This document shows positions 20,683 through 29,545 of a DNA stretch of 32,000 nt, one piece after another. Numbering within the stretch: the stretch's first letter is position 1; each line of letters opens with the position of its first letter. The stretch is from an alpha proteobacterium HIMB59. Its GTDB lineage: Bacteria; Pseudomonadota; Alphaproteobacteria; HIMB59. The notes under the pieces were generated by a model. It did no database searches, was not told the origin of the DNA, and saw only the letters and a program-made list of their open reading frames with translations. Made by a program: the position numbers and the translations under genes. The DNA is taken from positions 1,369,750-1,401,749 of the forward strand of contig CP003801.1 of assembly GCA_000299115.1 (NCBI GenBank), written 5' to 3'.

Positions 20683-22299
20683 TCAATTTTCAAATCTATA
20701 CAGTCTAATCTCATCATAATTAGAATTATAAGTTTCACATGAATGAATGGTTATCATTTTTTTATGATTTACACCAAAATATTTAAAAAAAGTTATAGCA
20801 AGATTTTTTATCTCTAATTCATTTTCTTTGTGAACACCTTTTTGATTTAATCCTCTTACGATGTAGTAGCGAATATTCTCTACACTATTTTTTGAGACAT
20901 TATTAATTAAAAAATATTTGTCAGTATTTTGACTTAAAATTCGATTTACAGATAACCTAGTAGATGTTTTAGTCATATTCAAACTTTTATTTTGAACTGC
21001 AAATAAATCTCTAATGTTATTTTCAAGAAAGATTGTATTAAAATTATTGTCAATATAGCTGGAGATTTGGTCTACACAATTAAGAGTATCGCCAATTAAT
21101 GAAATAGCCTGTATTTCAAAATTAATATTTCTTTTTAAACTATTTTTTTCAATAATTGGATAAAATCCCCATATAAAATTTGGAATTAATATAAATGATA
21201 AAATCAAAAAAAATTTTTTTAAACTCTTAATTCTAAAAACTATGTACATAGAAAAAATCAACATGATAGGCATCAAATAAATAAATGTTCTTTGATAAGA
21301 ATTTAAAAAGGCTGGGAAAGATACAAAAAGAAAAATTAAGGCTATAAAAAAAATTTTAATTCTAAAATCAATTAAATAAAAAAGGGGAACAATTGATATA
21401 AATAATAGTACACCATAACCATCAAAAATTATTAGAATTAAATTTGAAAATAAAGAAAAATAATTTGAAAAAAAATTTGAAAATTGACCAAATGATAGAC
21501 CGCCGTATTTTGATACAATATAACCCGCTTCTCCTGGTTTAAGCTTATTATAAAAATAAATTAAAATTAATGTAAAAAACAATATGACAATATTCAGAAT
21601 AATAAAAATAATCTTACTTTTATTTATGATTAGTTTTTTATGATAAATAAATTGATAAATCTCTAAGAAAAAAAAATATGTTAATAATATAAATACATTC
21701 GTATAATTTGAAAAAATAGTCAGAATATATAGAAAATAGAAATTAAAATTCTCATTTTTTAAAAATATATTTTCTTTTCTGAGGTTATACAAAATAAAAA
21801 AATATAAAAAAAAGATACCAAATATATGGTGCCCTGCAGATTGAGGGAAATAAAATGAATGATAGGAAAAATATAAAAATAATAAAATTATTATACTAGA
21901 AACAATTTTTTTAAATTTACTTAGATTATATTTATTAGTTAATTCATCAAATATCACTAAAGCAATAAAAGAAAAAATTGCATAGCAAAAGAGAACGATT
22001 ACTGAAAAATGTATGATATTATAATCTTTAAAAATTAATGAAAATGGAACATTAATAATAAATATAGTAGACATAAAAAAATAAGTAAAATTCCCATATA
22101 GACCAAGCAGATAGTGATAAATAAAGTTTCCATAAATATCAAAATTTAATATGTTTTTTGAAGAATCATTGATCCATTTGATTATTGCTATTTGATCTGT
22201 ATTAGGATGAAAACCAATTAAAAATACTTTTAAGCATAAATTGACAATAAAAAAAGCAGAGCATAAGAAAAAAAAAACTTTAAAATTATTTTTAGAAAT
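20683..22299 (-). CDS. Large polytopic membrane protein with a ~150-aa hydrophilic C-terminal domain; candidate GT-C-type glycosyltransferase; 5' end uncertain
   Basis: ORF 20683..22362. The first 20 codons of the track ORF are the tRNA-fMet gene read as protein, so they are excluded. The frame stays open from the tRNA 3' end. It encodes KNNFK + TM1 (VFFFLCSAFFIVNLCLKVFLIGF) + loop (HPNTDQIAIIKWINDSSKN) + IYHYLLGLYG, like the other two large membrane proteins. The first ATG/GTG/TTG in frame is only at 22074. A candidate ATT lies at 22299-22297. Confidence 0.45.
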   Translation of the reverse strand: MSKNNFKVFFFLCSAFFIVNLCLKVFLIGFHPNTDQIAIIKWINDSSKNILNFDIYGNFIYHYLLGLYGNFTYFFMSTIFIINVPFSLIFKDYNIIHFSVIVLFCYAIFSFIALVIFDELTNKYNLSKFKKIVSSIIILLFLYFSYHSFYFPQSAGHHIFGIFFLYFFILYNLRKENIFLKNENFNFYFLYILTIFSNYTNVFILLTYFFFLEIYQFIYHKKLIINKSKIIFIILNIVILFFTLILIYFYNKLKPGEAGYIVSKYGGLSFGQFSNFFSNYFSLFSNLILIIFDGYGVLLFISIVPLFYLIDFRIKIFFIALIFLFVSFPAFLNSYQRTFIYLMPIMLIFSMYIVFRIKSLKKFFLILSFILIPNFIWGFYPIIEKNSLKRNINFEIQAISLIGDTLNCVDQISSYIDNNFNTIFLENNIRDLFAVQNKSLNMTKTSTRLSVNRILSQNTDKYFLINNVSKNSVENIRYYIVRGLNQKGVHKENELEIKNLAITFFKYFGVNHKKMITIHSCETYNSNYDEIRLYRFEN

Positions 22300-22301
22300 A
22301 C

Positions 22302-22378
<77 letters not shown>

Positions 22379-22516
22379 ACATGATGATAGTGAAGTTATT
22401 CTAATTATAAATAAATTACAATTATTAATTAAAGTTATGATAATGCCATTTTAAATATGAAAAAGATCGAAAAAAATCAAAGAAATTTTTATTTTTCAAA
22501 TTTTTTAAATTAGTAT

Positions 22517-24250
22517 CTAAAAATTTTTTTTATCAATAAAATCTATATTTGCAATTGTGTCGTTCATAAATTCCAGCATATTTGAGGAATTTTGATTAAT
22601 ATAACTTTGCAATCCTCCTGGAAAATGTCTTTTTTCATTTTCCTTTTTTATGGAATTTGGAAATTTTATATTAGTATTTGTTTTTAAAATACTTTTAGTT
22701 CCATAATCAAAAATATTTTTAAAATTTTCGCTTAAAACTGACTCTACTAATCTATGGTCAGTCAATGGAGCTCTATATAGGACATTAAAATAACTTGTAA
22801 CTTTATCCTCGATATCAGTTACATACGGAGTCATCCAATTATAAATAAAATTAAAATATACATTTAAAAAAATATCTTTTGAAAAATTTTTATAAAAATT
22901 AATATTCTTAATTGGGTTAACATAAAAATCATTCTTTTGAGAAAAGGCCAAATTATTTTTAAAATTTTTTAGATAATTTGGTAAATATTCATATAATGAT
23001 GCTAGTAGATAAAAATATATATTTTTATTATTAAAATTTTTAAATTTACTGAGAGACTCAAAATATTTCTGAAATTTTCTATCTTTAAGCAAAAAAGCTA
23101 AATAGGCATAAATATGTTTTTGATATCCACAGAATATCTCATCTCCTCCATCTCCTTTAAATATGATTTTATCATTATTTTCTTTGCTCATGCGTGTAAA
23201 ATAGAAGCTGGCAATAAACGAGAAGTCAGGCAAGGGACAGTCAATAATTTTTAATATTGAGTCTAGCTCTTGATGATAGTCAATATCATCTTGTGAAATT
23301 AAGATAGATTTGATGTTACGACCTTTAAATTTTTCAATAAAATATTGAATATTTTTATTCTCTAAAGTATTTTTTTCTTCTACAAAAGAATATGTTGTAA
23401 TTTTTTTATTTTCATTTTTTGATAAATAATTAAGTACCGTAGATGAGTCAAACCCACCAGATAAGAACAATGAATATCTATCATAAATCGATTCTGATCT
23501 TAGAGAAACTGAGTCTTGAATTAACTCATAAATATCTAAATTGTTTTTGTTGAATGCATAAAAACTTTCGGGATTATTAAACCAATAGTTATAATTTTCA
23601 ATTAAATTTCCATCTTCAGAAATAATCATTACAGAAGATGGTTCTAGGGTTTCAATGTTTTTTATATAAGTTTGATGTGCAAGTGGTTTATAGTTATAAT
23701 CTAAAAAACACTTTGCCATTTCTTGGTTTGGAAAAAAATTTACTTTATTATTCAAAAAACTTTTTAAAGCTTTTATTTCAGAAGAAAAAAAATATTGCTT
23801 TTTAAGCTTTACATAAAAAAGTGGTTTTACTCCAAATCTATCTCTGGCTACTAAATATTTTTTGGAGTTGTAATCATGTATAATTAAAGAAAAATCTCCA
23901 ACTAAATATGATAGAAAATTTTTACCAAATTTTTCATACAAATATAGTAAAACCTCAGTATCGCTATTGGAGACGAATTTATAATTGTTTAAATATTTAG
24001 ATCTTAATTCTCTAAAATTATAGATATCTCCATTAAAAATAATTGTGTTATTTGATTTTAAAGATTTTAAAGGCTGAAATTTTGACGATAAATTTGCGTC
24101 TGTTGACTTAAAAAGAGAATGGCCAAAAAAAAATTTATTATTTTCTTCATAATTCAAACCATCCCTTCCCCTATGACTAATATATTTAAGAAAATTTTGG
24201 TTTTCAGGTACTGGATTATAATTATTAATTATAGCAACTATTCCACACAT
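22517..24250 (-). CDS. Asparagine synthase (glutamine-hydrolysing)-family amidotransferase, AsnB/WbpS/PseA-like
   Basis: MCGIVAIINN (N-terminal nucleophile Cys2 of class II amidotransferases). SLFLSGGFDSSTV (PP-loop SGGxDS). 577 aa. Confidence 0.8.
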   Translation of the reverse strand: MCGIVAIINNYNPVPENQNFLKYISHRGRDGLNYEENNKFFFGHSLFKSTDANLSSKFQPLKSLKSNNTIIFNGDIYNFRELRSKYLNNYKFVSNSDTEVLLYLYEKFGKNFLSYLVGDFSLIIHDYNSKKYLVARDRFGVKPLFYVKLKKQYFFSSEIKALKSFLNNKVNFFPNQEMAKCFLDYNYKPLAHQTYIKNIETLEPSSVMIISEDGNLIENYNYWFNNPESFYAFNKNNLDIYELIQDSVSLRSESIYDRYSLFLSGGFDSSTVLNYLSKNENKKITTYSFVEEKNTLENKNIQYFIEKFKGRNIKSILISQDDIDYHQELDSILKIIDCPLPDFSFIASFYFTRMSKENNDKIIFKGDGGDEIFCGYQKHIYAYLAFLLKDRKFQKYFESLSKFKNFNNKNIYFYLLASLYEYLPNYLKNFKNNLAFSQKNDFYVNPIKNINFYKNFSKDIFLNVYFNFIYNWMTPYVTDIEDKVTSYFNVLYRAPLTDHRLVESVLSENFKNIFDYGTKSILKTNTNIKFPNSIKKENEKRHFPGGLQSYINQNSSNMLEFMNDTIANIDFIDKKNF

Positions 24251-24305
24251 TTACTTAATATAGATGATTTTTTAAATTAAGTGAAAAAATAACTTTAAAA
24301 TAAAA

Positions 24306-24382
24306 TGGTAGCGGAGGAGGGATTCGAACCCCCGACACATGGATTATGATTCCACCGCTCTAACCAACTGAGCTACTCCGCC
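24306..24382 (-). tRNA. tRNA with anticodon CAU (elongator Met, or Ile2 if lysidine-modified), CCA encoded
   Basis: Minus strand: GGCGGAGTAGCTCAGTTGGTTAGAGCGGTGGAATCATAATCCATGTGTCGGGGGTTCGAATCCCTCCTCCGCTACCA. It has a regular 7/4/5/5 cloverleaf. Position 1-72 is paired, so it is not an initiator. Confidence 0.9.
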
Positions 24383-24418
24383 AAGAGACCTATTGTTTTA
24401 TATTAAATTTAATAATTC

Positions 24419-25159
24419 TTAAATAATTTTGTTTATTTCTTTTTGTATAAATTTTTTAGCTTTTTGAGCATTTTTCTTATTAGCTAAAGAACTAATAACA
24501 ATCTCTACTCCTCTTGGTTTGCCATCAAAAATAGGATAGCTGCCGATTGAGACATCGGTAAAATTTTTTTCTGCAATAGCAAGAATATTTGCAATTTTAC
24601 TTTCAAATAATTTAGTAATGATAGATGAGCTATAAAACTTATTTTTATTATTAATTGATTTAACAAATTCTCTCATCATCGCTTCTACAATTGAAGGTAT
24701 ACCAGCGAAGACATAAATATTCTCAATGCTAAATCCTGGAGCTCCGCTAACTTTATTTTTTATTAATTTTGAACCTGATGGCATATAGGCCATTTTTTTT
24801 CTAGCATCTGTTAATTCTGATTTAATTTTTTTATAGTATTTAATTAACTCTTTAAATGCTCCTTGATGAAGTTTGTATTCTCGCTTAACGGCAATTGATA
24901 TAGACTTAGCTGTAATATCATCGTGAGTAGGTCCGATACCTCCTGTAGTTATTACATAATCAAAATCTTTCTTTAACCTACGAATTTCTTTTACAATTGT
25001 TTTTTGAATATCTGGTATGACACAAACATAATTTAATAAAATACCAACTTTAAATAACTCTTTTGCTATATGATTTATATTTTTATCTTGCGTTCTTCCT
25101 GTTAAAATCTCGTTACCTATAACTACAAGACATGCATTTTTAATGTTATTTTTAACCAT
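24419..25159 (-). CDS. CinA-family / molybdopterin-binding (MoCF_biosynth) domain protein
   Basis: ACLVVIGNEILTGRTQDKNINHIAKEL, VITTGGIGPTHDDITAKSI. About 246 aa, with no C-terminal PncC deamidase domain. Confidence 0.75.
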   Translation of the reverse strand: MVKNNIKNACLVVIGNEILTGRTQDKNINHIAKELFKVGILLNYVCVIPDIQKTIVKEIRRLKKDFDYVITTGGIGPTHDDITAKSISIAVKREYKLHQGAFKELIKYYKKIKSELTDARKKMAYMPSGSKLIKNKVSGAPGFSIENIYVFAGIPSIVEAMMREFVKSINNKNKFYSSSIITKLFESKIANILAIAEKNFTDVSIGSYPIFDGKPRGVEIVISSLANKKNAQKAKKFIQKEINKII

Positions 25160-25161
25160 AA

Positions 25162-25860
25162 ATGAAATTTAAAGAAAAAATATTAGAGGGTTTTTTTCTA
25201 AAACGCTATAAGCGTTTTTTTGTAGATGTAATAATTGACGGGAATATCATAACAACATACTGCCCAAATACAGGTTCTTTAAAAGGAATGTTGAGTGAAA
25301 AAGCTAGAGTATTGGTAGCTAAAGTTGATAACCCTAAGGCGAAATTGAAATATAGATTGGAGGCCATCAAACATAAAGGTGTCTATGTTGGAATTAACAC
25401 ATCTTTACCAAATGGAATAATTTACGAGGCAATTAAAGAAAAAAAAATATTAAATCATCTTCAAGGCGAAATTAAAACAGAGGTTAAATATGGTAAAAAT
25501 TCTAGAGTAGATATTTTTATAGACAATCCAAAAGGAAAAAATTGTTTTATAGAAGTAAAATCAGTCACCCTATCTAGACTAAATGGTCTATCTGAATTTC
25601 CAGATGCCAAAACCACTCGAGGATCTAAACACTTAATTGAATTAGCAGAAATGTCAAAACAAGGAAACGATTGCTATCTTGTTTATTTAATCCAACGCAA
25701 AGATGTAGAAATGTTTTCTATAGCCAAAGATATTGATGAGGAATATTATAAAAATTCAATCATAGCCAAAAATAATGGTGTGAAATTTATTGCATTTTCC
25801 TGCGAGGTGTCAAAGAAAGGAATTAATGTGATACAACAAATTAATATTAATGAAAATTAA
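25162..25860 (+). CDS. sfsA: Sugar fermentation stimulation protein homolog (SfsA, DNA-binding/nuclease-like fold)
   Basis: FLKRYKRFFVDVIIDGNIITTYCPNTGSLKG (E. coli SfsA: QRYKRFLADV...HCPNTGAM), IEVKSVTL, FPDAKTTRGSKHL. Confidence 0.85.
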   Translation: MKFKEKILEGFFLKRYKRFFVDVIIDGNIITTYCPNTGSLKGMLSEKARVLVAKVDNPKAKLKYRLEAIKHKGVYVGINTSLPNGIIYEAIKEKKILNHLQGEIKTEVKYGKNSRVDIFIDNPKGKNCFIEVKSVTLSRLNGLSEFPDAKTTRGSKHLIELAEMSKQGNDCYLVYLIQRKDVEMFSIAKDIDEEYYKNSIIAKNNGVKFIAFSCEVSKKGINVIQQININEN

Positions 25861-26626
25861 AACTTACAAACCAAGTGAAATAAATTCTTGCCGAGAAGCT
25901 AGTAAAATTTCTGCTACAATTTTAGATGAATTAAATCATCTAATTGCTGTAGGGATTACCACTGATGAAATTGATAATTTTTGTCTTGATAGAATAAAAA
26001 AATTAGGAGGTTTTCCTGCTCCTCTTTTTTATCGTGGCTTCCCAAAATCTACTTGCACTTCATTAAACCGTGTTATTTGTCACGGCATTCCCTCTAAAAA
26101 TCGCAAACTTGAAGAAGGAGATATTCTCAATGTTGATGTGACTACAATTATTGATGGCTGGCATGGTGACTCTTCGAGAATGTATAAAGTTGGAAATATT
26201 TCTGTCAAAGCACAGAATATTTGTAACATTACCCACACCTGTTTAATTGAAAGTTTGAAAGTAATAAAAGTCGGTTCTTCAATAAGCCTTATTGGTAAAA
26301 AAATTGAAGAAATAGCTCATCCTAATAATTTTAGTGTAGTAAGAGACTTCTGTGGTCATGGAGTTGGTCTAAACTTTCACGAGAATCCTAGCATCCTGCA
26401 TTACTATGACAAAGATTACGATGATATTAAGTTTGTTGATGGCATGATTTTTACTGTTGAACCTATGATTAATGCTGGCAAATATCACTCAAAAATACTT
26501 AATGATGGATGGACAGCTGTGACAAAAGATAAAACACTTAGCGCTCAATACGAACATACGGTATATATAAATGGTGATAAGATTGAGATTCTGACAGAGT
26601 CTCCAAATGGGGTTTTTTACAATTGA
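25850..26626 (+). CDS. map: Methionine aminopeptidase, type I
   Basis: VICHGIPS...LEEGDILNVDVT..IDGWHGDSSRMY, FCGHGVGLNFHE, FTVEPMIN, AQYEHTV. All metal-ligand blocks are present. Confidence 0.92.
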   Translation: MKIKTYKPSEINSCREASKISATILDELNHLIAVGITTDEIDNFCLDRIKKLGGFPAPLFYRGFPKSTCTSLNRVICHGIPSKNRKLEEGDILNVDVTTIIDGWHGDSSRMYKVGNISVKAQNICNITHTCLIESLKVIKVGSSISLIGKKIEEIAHPNNFSVVRDFCGHGVGLNFHENPSILHYYDKDYDDIKFVDGMIFTVEPMINAGKYHSKILNDGWTAVTKDKTLSAQYEHTVYINGDKIEILTESPNGVFYN

Positions 26627-27912
26627 TACCAAGATACTCAAGAAAAATACTAAAAGATATTTGGGAAGATCAAAATAAGTTTCAAATATGGCTTGATATT
26701 GAAATTCTTGCCTCTTCAGCAATGGAGCAATTAGGTCAAATTCCAAAAGGAACAACCTCTAAAATTAAAAAAAAAGCTAAATTCAAAGTCAGAGAAATTG
26801 AACAAATTGAAAAGAAAACGAAGCATGATGTTATTGCTTTTTTAACAAATGTTGCAAAATATGTAGGGCCAGAGTCTAGATTTATTCATAAAGGTCTGAC
26901 ATCTAGTGATATTTTAGATACATCTTTTTCTATTCAGCTCAGCCAAGCAAGCAATATTATTAAAAAAGGCTTGGAGGATTATGGCAAAGCTTTAAAAAAA
27001 CTTGCTTTCAAACATAAGCATACTGTTTGTATTGGACGAAGTCATGGTATTCATGCCGAAACAACTACTTTTGGTCTAAAGATCCTTGGATATTTCGAGG
27101 AAAATAAAAGAAACTTGGATAGGTTAAACAGAGCGATCAATCAAATTCAAACTATTCAAATGTCGGGTCCCATAGGCACATATTCTAATATTGACCAAAG
27201 AGTTGAAAAAATAGTTGCTAAGAAATTAAAGTTTTCAATTGAACCTGTATCCACACAAATTATTCCACGAGACCGACATGCAGAGCTTTTTAGTGTTTTT
27301 TCATTAATTGCTAGTTCTTTAGAACGACTCGCAACTGAAATTAGACACTTACAAAGAACAGAAGTGCTTGAAGTTGAAGAGGGTTTTGGAAAAGGGCAAA
27401 AAGGTAGCTCAGCAATGCCTCATAAAAAAAATCCTATCTTATCAGAAAATGTTTCTGGACTAGCGAAAGTCATCAGATCCCTTGTAATTCCAGCTCTTGA
27501 AAATATCACAACTTGGCATGAGCGAGATATTAGCCATTCAAGTGTTGAAAGAATTAATGCACCCAATGCAACCATTACACTTGATTTTGCTGTTCAGAGA
27601 ATGATTAATATTATTAATAATCTTGTTGTTCACAAAAATAATATGCTTTTAAACGTTGAATTGCTTAAAGGCCTCCCCTTCTCTCAAAACGTTCTTATTT
27701 TCCTAATTGAAAATGGGGTTTCAAGAGAGGATGCCTATAAAATAGTTCAAGAATGTGCGCTTAAAACTTGGAATGAAAAAACTGAGTTTAGAATAAATTT
27801 ACTCGCCCACCCAACATTATCAAAATTTAATTTATCAAGAAAAATTGATCTTATTTTTACTAACAACAATCTATTTAAAAATGTTGATTTGATCTTTAAA
27901 AGGGTTATTTAA
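26623..27912 (+). CDS. purB: Adenylosuccinate lyase
   Basis: M(TTG)IPRYSRK matches the conserved PurB N-terminus (B. subtilis MIERYSRPEM). Fumarate-lyase signature GSSAMPHKKNP. TTGA start/stop overlap with map. Confidence 0.92.
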   Translation: MIPRYSRKILKDIWEDQNKFQIWLDIEILASSAMEQLGQIPKGTTSKIKKKAKFKVREIEQIEKKTKHDVIAFLTNVAKYVGPESRFIHKGLTSSDILDTSFSIQLSQASNIIKKGLEDYGKALKKLAFKHKHTVCIGRSHGIHAETTTFGLKILGYFEENKRNLDRLNRAINQIQTIQMSGPIGTYSNIDQRVEKIVAKKLKFSIEPVSTQIIPRDRHAELFSVFSLIASSLERLATEIRHLQRTEVLEVEEGFGKGQKGSSAMPHKKNPILSENVSGLAKVIRSLVIPALENITTWHERDISHSSVERINAPNATITLDFAVQRMINIINNLVVHKNNMLLNVELLKGLPFSQNVLIFLIENGVSREDAYKIVQECALKTWNEKTEFRINLLAHPTLSKFNLSRKIDLIFTNNNLFKNVDLIFKRVI

Positions 27913-28629
27913 ATGGCTTCCAAAATGAAAAAATTATATGAAGGAAAAGCAAAAATTATCTATGCTAAATCACCTAACCAAGTAGTAGCTACTTATAAAG
28001 ATGATGCTACTGCCTTCAATAATCTCAAAAAAGGATCTATTAAAAATAAAGGTATTATAAATAACTCGATCTCCTCTTATTTATTTGATGTACTAAATAA
28101 CTGCAATATTCCAACTCACTTTCTTAAAAAGCTAGATAAAAAATCTCAACTTTTAAAGAAAGTAGAAATTATTCCAGTTGAAGTTTTAGTAAGAAATTAT
28201 TTTGCTGGATCGTTATCAAAAAAGTTTGGTGTCAAAGAAGGCACCCCTCTTAATGATACATTGATTGAGTATTGTCTAAAATCAGATGAACTCGGGGATC
28301 CACACATCAGCTCTGAGCATATTTTAAATATAGGGCTCTGCTCATTTGATGAATTAGAATTGATAGATGAATACTCACTTAGAATTAACGATATTCTAAG
28401 AGGTATTTTCTACTCTATTGGTATTAACTTAATTGACTTCAAATTAGAGTTTGGAATCTGCAAAAAAACAAAAGAAGTCATTCTTGCTGATGAAATTTCA
28501 CCTGATACATGCCGTTTATGGGATTTAAAAACTAACAAGAAATTGGATAAAGATCGTTTTCGAAGAGATTTGGGTGATGTTGAGGGTGCCTACCAAGAGG
28601 TACTAGAACGGTTAAATATAAAATCATAA
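27913..28629 (+). CDS. purC: Phosphoribosylaminoimidazole-succinocarboxamide (SAICAR) synthase
   Basis: LYEGKAKIIY, IPVEVLVRNYFAGS, LADEISPDTCRLWD, LDKDRFRRDLG. Confidence 0.92.
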   Translation: MASKMKKLYEGKAKIIYAKSPNQVVATYKDDATAFNNLKKGSIKNKGIINNSISSYLFDVLNNCNIPTHFLKKLDKKSQLLKKVEIIPVEVLVRNYFAGSLSKKFGVKEGTPLNDTLIEYCLKSDELGDPHISSEHILNIGLCSFDELELIDEYSLRINDILRGIFYSIGINLIDFKLEFGICKKTKEVILADEISPDTCRLWDLKTNKKLDKDRFRRDLGDVEGAYQEVLERLNIKS

Positions 28630-28868
28630 TGAGAATTAAAATCCTTATTAGACTCAAAAACCAAATACTCGAACCTCAGGGTAAAGTAATTGAACAATCA
28701 CTAAAAAGTTTAGGTTTTGAGGATTTTAGCAATATTAGGCAAGGTAAATTAATTGAAATCGATCTCCCTGACAGTCTTAATGAAGAGGAAAGATCTAAAA
28801 AAATTGATGCTGCATGCAAAAAATTATTAGTTAATGAAATTATTGAAGAGTACGAAGTACTTGGATGA
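28629..28868 (+). CDS. purS: FGAM synthase subunit PurS
   Basis: 79 aa. ILEPQGKVIEQSLKSLGF. Located between purC and purQ. TAATG and ATGA overlaps with the neighbouring genes. Confidence 0.88.
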   Translation: MRIKILIRLKNQILEPQGKVIEQSLKSLGFEDFSNIRQGKLIEIDLPDSLNEEERSKKIDAACKKLLVNEIIEEYEVLG

Positions 28869-29545
28869 GCTTTAAATCAGCCGTCATCACTTTTCCTGGA
28901 TCAAATTGTGATAGAGATGCCCTAACGTATCTAAGAGATTTAACTCATGGAGAGGTATTGAATATCTGGCATGAAGAGCCATCCCTACCTAAGGTAGATC
29001 TAGTCATACTCCCAGGAGGTTTTAGCTTTGGTGATTATCTTCGCTCAGGAGCAATGGCCTCAAAAAGCAATATCATTGATGATGTCATTGATCATGCTAA
29101 TAATGGAAGATATCTTTTAGGTATCTGCAATGGTTTCCAAATACTAACTGAAATTGGTTTACTAAAAGGCGCTTTAATTCAGAATGAATCTATAAAATTT
29201 TTAGGTAAAAACTGTCATATAAAAAAAAAATTCGATAATAAATTTAATTGCAATATCAAAGATAATGAAGTGCTACAGATCCCAGTTGCCCATAATGAAG
29301 GGAACTTTTATTGCGATCAAGAAACATTAAGCTACTTGCAAGATGAGGGCCTTATAGCTTTTGAGTACTGCAGAGGTGAATACCAGATTGATGATGCTAA
29401 TATTAATGGATCTTTGGATAATATTGCTGGTATTACAAATAAAAATAAAAATATCTTAGGAATGATGCCTCACCCTGAGAGGGCTTATCAAGACTTTCAT
29501 GCCTCAAAAGATGGAAAAAAAATTATTGAGTCGATCTTATCATGA
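28865..29545 (+). CDS. purQ: FGAM synthase glutaminase subunit PurQ
   Basis: AVITFPGSNCDRD, LPGGFSFGDYLR, catalytic GICNGFQIL, MPHPER. Confidence 0.92.
   Translation: MSFKSAVITFPGSNCDRDALTYLRDLTHGEVLNIWHEEPSLPKVDLVILPGGFSFGDYLRSGAMASKSNIIDDVIDHANNGRYLLGICNGFQILTEIGLLKGALIQNESIKFLGKNCHIKKKFDNKFNCNIKDNEVLQIPVAHNEGNFYCDQETLSYLQDEGLIAFEYCRGEYQIDDANINGSLDNIAGITNKNKNILGMMPHPERAYQDFHASKDGKKIIESILS

Noticed and set aside
22457-22513. An 18-codon mini-ORF (MKKIEKNQRNFYFSNFLN) on the plus strand between tRNA-fMet and asnB.
   Set aside because: It is AT-rich intergenic sequence with no ribosome-binding signal or any conservation evidence available. An ORF of this size is expected by chance.
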